Shown: one piece after another, positions 59,980-64,000 of the stretch
Position numbering within the stretch: position 1 is the first letter of the stretch
How the letters are laid out: every line of letters begins with the position of its first letter
Virus record (IMG/VR): IMGVR_UViG_3300015050_001523
Coordinates: 224,001 to 288,000 of that record
Strand: one strand, 5' to 3'
From: a virus
Taxonomy: Duplodnaviria; Caudoviricetes
Length of the DNA: 64,000 nucleotides
Program-made: the position numbers and the translations under genes
Notes under the pieces: model-generated
The model's database searches: none
Told to the model about the DNA's origin: nothing
Seen by the model: only the letters and a program-made list of their open reading frames with translations

Positions 59980-61965
59980 ATGACAGCCATTCATAAAGAA
60001 GCATTGGCAGATGCTAAAAGATTGCGAGAAGTTGCAGAAGAAAATGCAAAACAAGCAATTATAGAACAAATAACTCCAACAATTAAAAATATGATTGAAA
60101 GGGAATTGCTTGGTGAATCTTATGATGGAGTTGAAGAAGACATTCTTATTTCTCCAAATAAAGAAGAAAAAGAAAAAAAAGAAGAGGAAGATGAGCGAGT
60201 AGATGAAGTGACATTGACAAATGAGTCTGTTGCTGCCTTGGCCCAAATGAAAATGAACAGTGCAAAATCTGAACATTATGGCGTCCGCACATTAAGAATC
60301 TCTGAGAAGATTGATAGGCTTCATGAAGCTAAAGTAAATGAAAATACTTATGGCGAAAAACTTCGACAAATAAAAAATGAAGTTGAGAAGACTTTCATAG
60401 AGCTTCAAGAAGATAAGAAAAAAAATATCGTACCAGACAATTCAGCTAACCTTATCGAAGGAAAGCTTGAAGAGTTGTGGGAAGTCACAAATAATTTGAT
60501 GATTCCTGTAAAGGTTCGACAAATCAATGAAAGCAATAAAGAAATTTCTAATAAATTTAGTAAATTTAAAATTATTGCTGAAGAGTATTCCCTTACAAAC
60601 GGGGCAAAACAAAGATTCGGACAAGAGTGTATTAAGTTAGTAAAAGAAACTAAAGCACTCTTCAATTCTATAGCCGAATTAAAGGAAGTAACTAAGGATA
60701 GTTCGGTTGAGAAAGTCCACAATGAAACAAGTGGATTATTTAAGGAGATTTACAAAATGGCTAAAAAATTTGGTTCACTAAACGAAGAAGAACTTAAGAT
60801 TGTTATAAGTGGATTAAACACTGACGATCTTGAGGGGTCACCACTATCAGCAATGGTTGAGCCCGCAGACGAAGACATGGATGACGACATGGACATGGAT
60901 GACATGGGCATGGATGACGATATGGGCGATGACATGGGTGGAGACGAAATGGACGATATTGGAATGGATGACATGGATGACGAAGAAAAGATTGACGAAT
61001 ATACATATTCAGCATCTGGAGGTCGTGGTCGTGGCGTTCGTAGTATGTCACAAAAAGTTCAGGCAGATCCAGATAAAAAGTCAACTATTGGAGGTTCGGC
61101 TAAGACCGGCAGAGATTGGAGCGAAGATAGCGGCAGAGATTGGAGTGACGAAGAAAGAAAAGCTGCTGGTCTTCCACGTAAAAAACAACAAGAAGGCGAT
61201 GAAATGCTTGAAATCAGCGAAGTTATGCTTAAACAAGAACTTTTAAGATTAAAGAAAAGAAGAGCCGCAATGAGCGAAGCTATGAAAGCGATGAAAGGCC
61301 CTGGCTCATTTGATAATTTTGGAGGAGCAGGAAGATCAGGTGGAGGAGTTGAAGGCGATGTATTCGAAGACTTCAATGATCTCAATGGACTTGATCCTGT
61401 TGGAGAAGCTGGTTCTGTAAATGAGAGCGAAGAAGAAATGGACGAATATACTTATAAAGCATCTGGCGGCAGTGGCCGTGGTGTTCGTAGTATGTCCAAA
61501 AAAATTCAAGCTGACCCAAAGAAAGTTTATCAAGGGGATAAAAAAGAAGAAAAATCTGATGAACCTTTGAAAAAAGAAGTTAGAGCATATAAGAAAGCAA
61601 TTCTTAATATGCAGGAAAATTACGAAAAAATACAACAACAACTCCGCGAAAGTAACCTTTCAAATGCGAAGTTAGTATATGCAACAAAACTCATGCAGAA
61701 TGAGAATCTTTCCAAAAAACAACGACTTATAGTGGTCGAGCAATTGGATCAAGCACAATCTGTACGGGAAGTCAAGAAATTATTTACTGCTCTTAAAGAA
61801 GCCCTTGAAAAAGGTAACACAAAGAGCAAGCTCACTGAAAGTGCAGAGAGAAAGGTCATTGGAGGATCAAGCCGAGCAACTGGCTCTGGCTCAACCACTC
61901 TCACTGAATCAGAAAACAAAGAATTTGCTCGCTGGGGACAGTTGGCAGGATTTTTGAAAGGATAA
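59980..61965 (+). CDS. Prohead core/scaffolding protein (gp22-like position)
   Basis: Directly before MCP; coiled coils, acidic low-complexity tracts, many L/I-x-E sites; C-terminal LRESNLSNAKLVYA...LTE. Confidence 0.75.
   Translation: MTAIHKEALADAKRLREVAEENAKQAIIEQITPTIKNMIERELLGESYDGVEEDILISPNKEEKEKKEEEDERVDEVTLTNESVAALAQMKMNSAKSEHYGVRTLRISEKIDRLHEAKVNENTYGEKLRQIKNEVEKTFIELQEDKKKNIVPDNSANLIEGKLEELWEVTNNLMIPVKVRQINESNKEISNKFSKFKIIAEEYSLTNGAKQRFGQECIKLVKETKALFNSIAELKEVTKDSSVEKVHNETSGLFKEIYKMAKKFGSLNEEELKIVISGLNTDDLEGSPLSAMVEPADEDMDDDMDMDDMGMDDDMGDDMGGDEMDDIGMDDMDDEEKIDEYTYSASGGRGRGVRSMSQKVQADPDKKSTIGGSAKTGRDWSEDSGRDWSDEERKAAGLPRKKQQEGDEMLEISEVMLKQELLRLKKRRAAMSEAMKAMKGPGSFDNFGGAGRSGGGVEGDVFEDFNDLNGLDPVGEAGSVNESEEEMDEYTYKASGGSGRGVRSMSKKIQADPKKVYQGDKKEEKSDEPLKKEVRAYKKAILNMQENYEKIQQQLRESNLSNAKLVYATKLMQNENLSKKQRLIVVEQLDQAQSVREVKKLFTALKEALEKGNTKSKLTESAERKVIGGSSRATGSGSTTLTESENKEFARWGQLAGFLKG
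60869..60987 (+). repeat. Asp/Met low-complexity repeat in scaffold gene
   Basis: DEDMDDDMDMDDMGMDDDMGDDMGG..., with repeated GACATGG/GATGAC units. Confidence 0.8.
60994..61518 (+). repeat. 78-bp direct repeat pair in scaffold gene (60994..61071 and 61441..61518)
   Basis: DEYTYSASGGRGRGVRSMSQKVQADP vs DEYTYKASGGSGRGVRSMSKKIQADP, 22/26 aa identical. Confidence 0.92.
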
Positions 61966-61997
61966 AGAATATTTAGAAATAGGATAGGAGTTTTAAT

Positions 61998-63872
61998 ATG
62001 AGTTTTAATCTTGATATATTAACAGAAGGCGTTCGCGGACGTCACGTTGGACAAGAGGCACAACGCCTTACAGAAAAATGGAATAAAACTGGTCTTCTTA
62101 GAGGATTGACCGGATACGACAAAGAGAACATGGCAAGATTGCTTGAAAGTCAGGCTGCCGAAGTTCTTCGTGAATCGTCAAGCCTTTCAACCGGTGGTGC
62201 TGCACTTACAAGCTCAGGACAAGTTCGAGGCTTTTCAAATGTTGCATTCCCAATCGTTCGTCGAGTATTCGGCGGATTGGTTTCAAATGAATTGGTAAGT
62301 ATGCAGCCTATGAGTTTGCCAGCCGGATTGCTTTTCTACCTCGATTATACCTATGGTAATAACGTTGGTGGAGAAGGTTCAGCTACCGATACAGTGTATC
62401 GTGCTGGCGATTCACTATATAACAACCCAACTGGTGCTGGAGTTCGTTCAGGTTCTCTTGCAGCTGGTGGTCAATATGACCTTGTTGGTAGCGGATTTAC
62501 AAAAGTCCACTCAGGTTCATTAACTGTATCAGGTTCCAACGTAAATGTTGGTGCATTTACTGGTGCAGCTAATGCTTGGGCTGCTGCCGGCACTGTAAGA
62601 ACAACAAGTGACTTCACAGGATCAAATGCAAGACTTGTCTCTTTCGATCCACAAATTGAAGAAGCTTTGGATCTTGGAACAAAAGACTACTGTTTCGCAT
62701 TCATTTCCGTTGCTGCATTGGCCTCTGCAATCCCAACTGGCGATGTAAATCATGTAAAACAAATTGCTATTACCGATATGGGAACAGCAAATGGAGTTAC
62801 TACATGGGGTGAAACATTCCAAGGTGGTCGTGGAATTCTAAACCTTCGTCGTTGGAATGAACGAGGAGATTGGAACGGCACAACATTCACACCTAAGCCA
62901 ATGGGCGGAGACCATATCAAAATGGTTCTTGCATTAACAAATGCCGGTTCTGTTCCAACAATCGGTTCAGCAAACGTCCGTGTATCGATGGCAGTTTCTG
63001 ATACTCTAAATGTTGGAAGTACAGATGGAGACACTCTTACCATTCCTTCATTCGAAACTGATTTTGCCGTTGATGCAAACCCAGCTATTCCTGAAATCGA
63101 TATTAAGATCGAACAGATTAGCGTAGTTGCCACAACTCGTAAATTGAGAGCACGTTGGTCACCAGAACTTGCTCAGGATCTTAATGCTTTCCACAGCCTT
63201 GATGCTGAAGTCGAGCTTACAAAGATTCTATCCGAGCAAATCGCTATCGATATCGATCGAGAAATCTTGAACGATCTCCTTACCGAAGGAAATGGTGCGA
63301 ACTACTACTGGAGCAGAGCCCCAGGTAGATTCGTAAACAAACGAACTGGAACAGAAGTTCAAATGAGCTCAACACTTGCAACTGGTCCTCAGTTTACTGG
63401 AACCGTTCGTGAATGGTATGAAACACTTGTTGAAACTATCATCGACGTTGCAAATGAAATCCATAAGAAAACCCTTCGCGGTTCTGCCAACTTTATTGTT
63501 GTTGGACCTGATGTAGCTACAATTTTGGAGCAAAGCGCTCTTTACAAAAATAGCTACAAGATCGATGGAAATGGACAAGTTTCAAATCCTCATACTATCG
63601 GTGCCGAAAACATTGGTAGTGTTGGAAATAGATTCACCGTCTACAAAGATCCAAGCTTCCCACGTCCGAAAATCCTTGTTGGATTCAAAGGTGGAAACTA
63701 CCTTGAAACCGGTTATGTGTACGCACCTTATGTGCCACTTATCGTAACTCCAACAATCTTCGCACAGGAAGATTTCTCACCAAGAAAAGGTGTTATGACC
63801 AGATATGGTAAGAAAATGGTCAGAAGTGACTTCTACGGAACAGTAACTGTTCTTGATCTCAACATCATCTAA
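61998..63872 (+). CDS. Major capsid protein (T4 gp23-like)
   Basis: KW...GLL, FPIVRRVF...VSMQPMSLPAGLLFYLD, TRKLRARWSPELAQDLNAFH, EIDREIL, GSANFIV, YAPYVPL, F.PRKGVMTRYG; AGGAG RBS; C-ending codon bias. Confidence 0.96.
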   Translation: MSFNLDILTEGVRGRHVGQEAQRLTEKWNKTGLLRGLTGYDKENMARLLESQAAEVLRESSSLSTGGAALTSSGQVRGFSNVAFPIVRRVFGGLVSNELVSMQPMSLPAGLLFYLDYTYGNNVGGEGSATDTVYRAGDSLYNNPTGAGVRSGSLAAGGQYDLVGSGFTKVHSGSLTVSGSNVNVGAFTGAANAWAAAGTVRTTSDFTGSNARLVSFDPQIEEALDLGTKDYCFAFISVAALASAIPTGDVNHVKQIAITDMGTANGVTTWGETFQGGRGILNLRRWNERGDWNGTTFTPKPMGGDHIKMVLALTNAGSVPTIGSANVRVSMAVSDTLNVGSTDGDTLTIPSFETDFAVDANPAIPEIDIKIEQISVVATTRKLRARWSPELAQDLNAFHSLDAEVELTKILSEQIAIDIDREILNDLLTEGNGANYYWSRAPGRFVNKRTGTEVQMSSTLATGPQFTGTVREWYETLVETIIDVANEIHKKTLRGSANFIVVGPDVATILEQSALYKNSYKIDGNGQVSNPHTIGAENIGSVGNRFTVYKDPSFPRPKILVGFKGGNYLETGYVYAPYVPLIVTPTIFAQEDFSPRKGVMTRYGKKMVRSDFYGTVTVLDLNII

Positions 63873-63892
63873 CACTTAGGTGTTACTGATTC

Positions 63893-63918
63893 AAAAGGAC
63901 CCGAAAGGGTCCTTTTTT
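63893..63918 (+). terminator. Rho-independent terminator after MCP
   Basis: AAAA-GGACCC-GAAA-GGGTCC-TTTTTT with a GNRA loop. Confidence 0.92.
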
Positions 63919-63976
63919 GTTTAAGTTAATTCCTTTCTTTATAAATTAGACATTTATATATGGTAAGATAAACCAT

Positions 63977-64000
63977 ATGAAATTAAATACAATAACAGAC
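63977..64000 (+). CDS. 5' end of next gene (truncated by window)
   Basis: ATG at 63977, preceded by CATTTAT (63951); open to the window end. Confidence 0.3.

Noticed and set aside
316-63747. Short minus-strand and nested alternative-frame ORFs in the track (e.g. 14592..14960, 33310..33657, 55016..55426, 55071..55343, 60830..61246, 62750..63133)
   Set aside because: All lie within well-supported plus-strand genes, show no motifs, and are explained by shadow frames or low-complexity GC-rich codons.
1-64000. Stop-codon reassignment, introns/inteins, tRNA genes
   Set aside because: Conserved genes are full length in the standard code and end in TAA, TAG or TGA. No intein or homing-endonuclease motifs were seen, and intergenic gaps are too short and lack tRNA arms.

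Overview
This window is a gap-free, AT-rich, entirely plus-strand segment of a large T4-superfamily myovirus (jumbo-phage-like) genome. There are four blocks. (1) About 0-15.5 kb is a sugar-modification island: six GT-B/GT-A glycosyltransferase genes plus one GT-B/GT-A fusion, gmd, a short ugd-like dehydrogenase, a Gfo/Idh/MocA and an FAD oxidoreductase, and two paralogous methyltransferases. A few accessory genes are interspersed (ASCH-like, HREDGPA-repeat protein, solo Cas4-like nuclease). (2) About 15.9-43.5 kb is a gp55-like late sigma factor followed by baseplate/tail genes (gp5-, gp25-, gp6-, gp7-like, LamG and DNRLRE-like proteins, three giant ORFans). (3) About 43.5-51 kb is RuvC-like resolvase, primase and a single-chain Mre11-Rad50 fusion. 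(4) About 51-63.9 kb is terminase, portal, prohead protease, scaffold and major capsid protein (MCP), ending in a strong terminator. The two best leads are: (a) a candidate phage-encoded virion O-glycosylation system, i.e. the glyco island plus a strongly over-represented [S/T]-G-S tripeptide confined to predicted surface structural proteins; and (b) an HREDGPA-repeat protein carrying a 40-aa copy of this phage's own capsid protein, recognisable at DNA level. Further leads are a TATTTA(T) late-promoter candidate and a family of L/I-x-E head-protein motifs. No tRNA, rRNA, CRISPR array, intron, intein or transposase was seen. All product calls come from motifs read by eye; no database search was run, and motif counts were made by hand.
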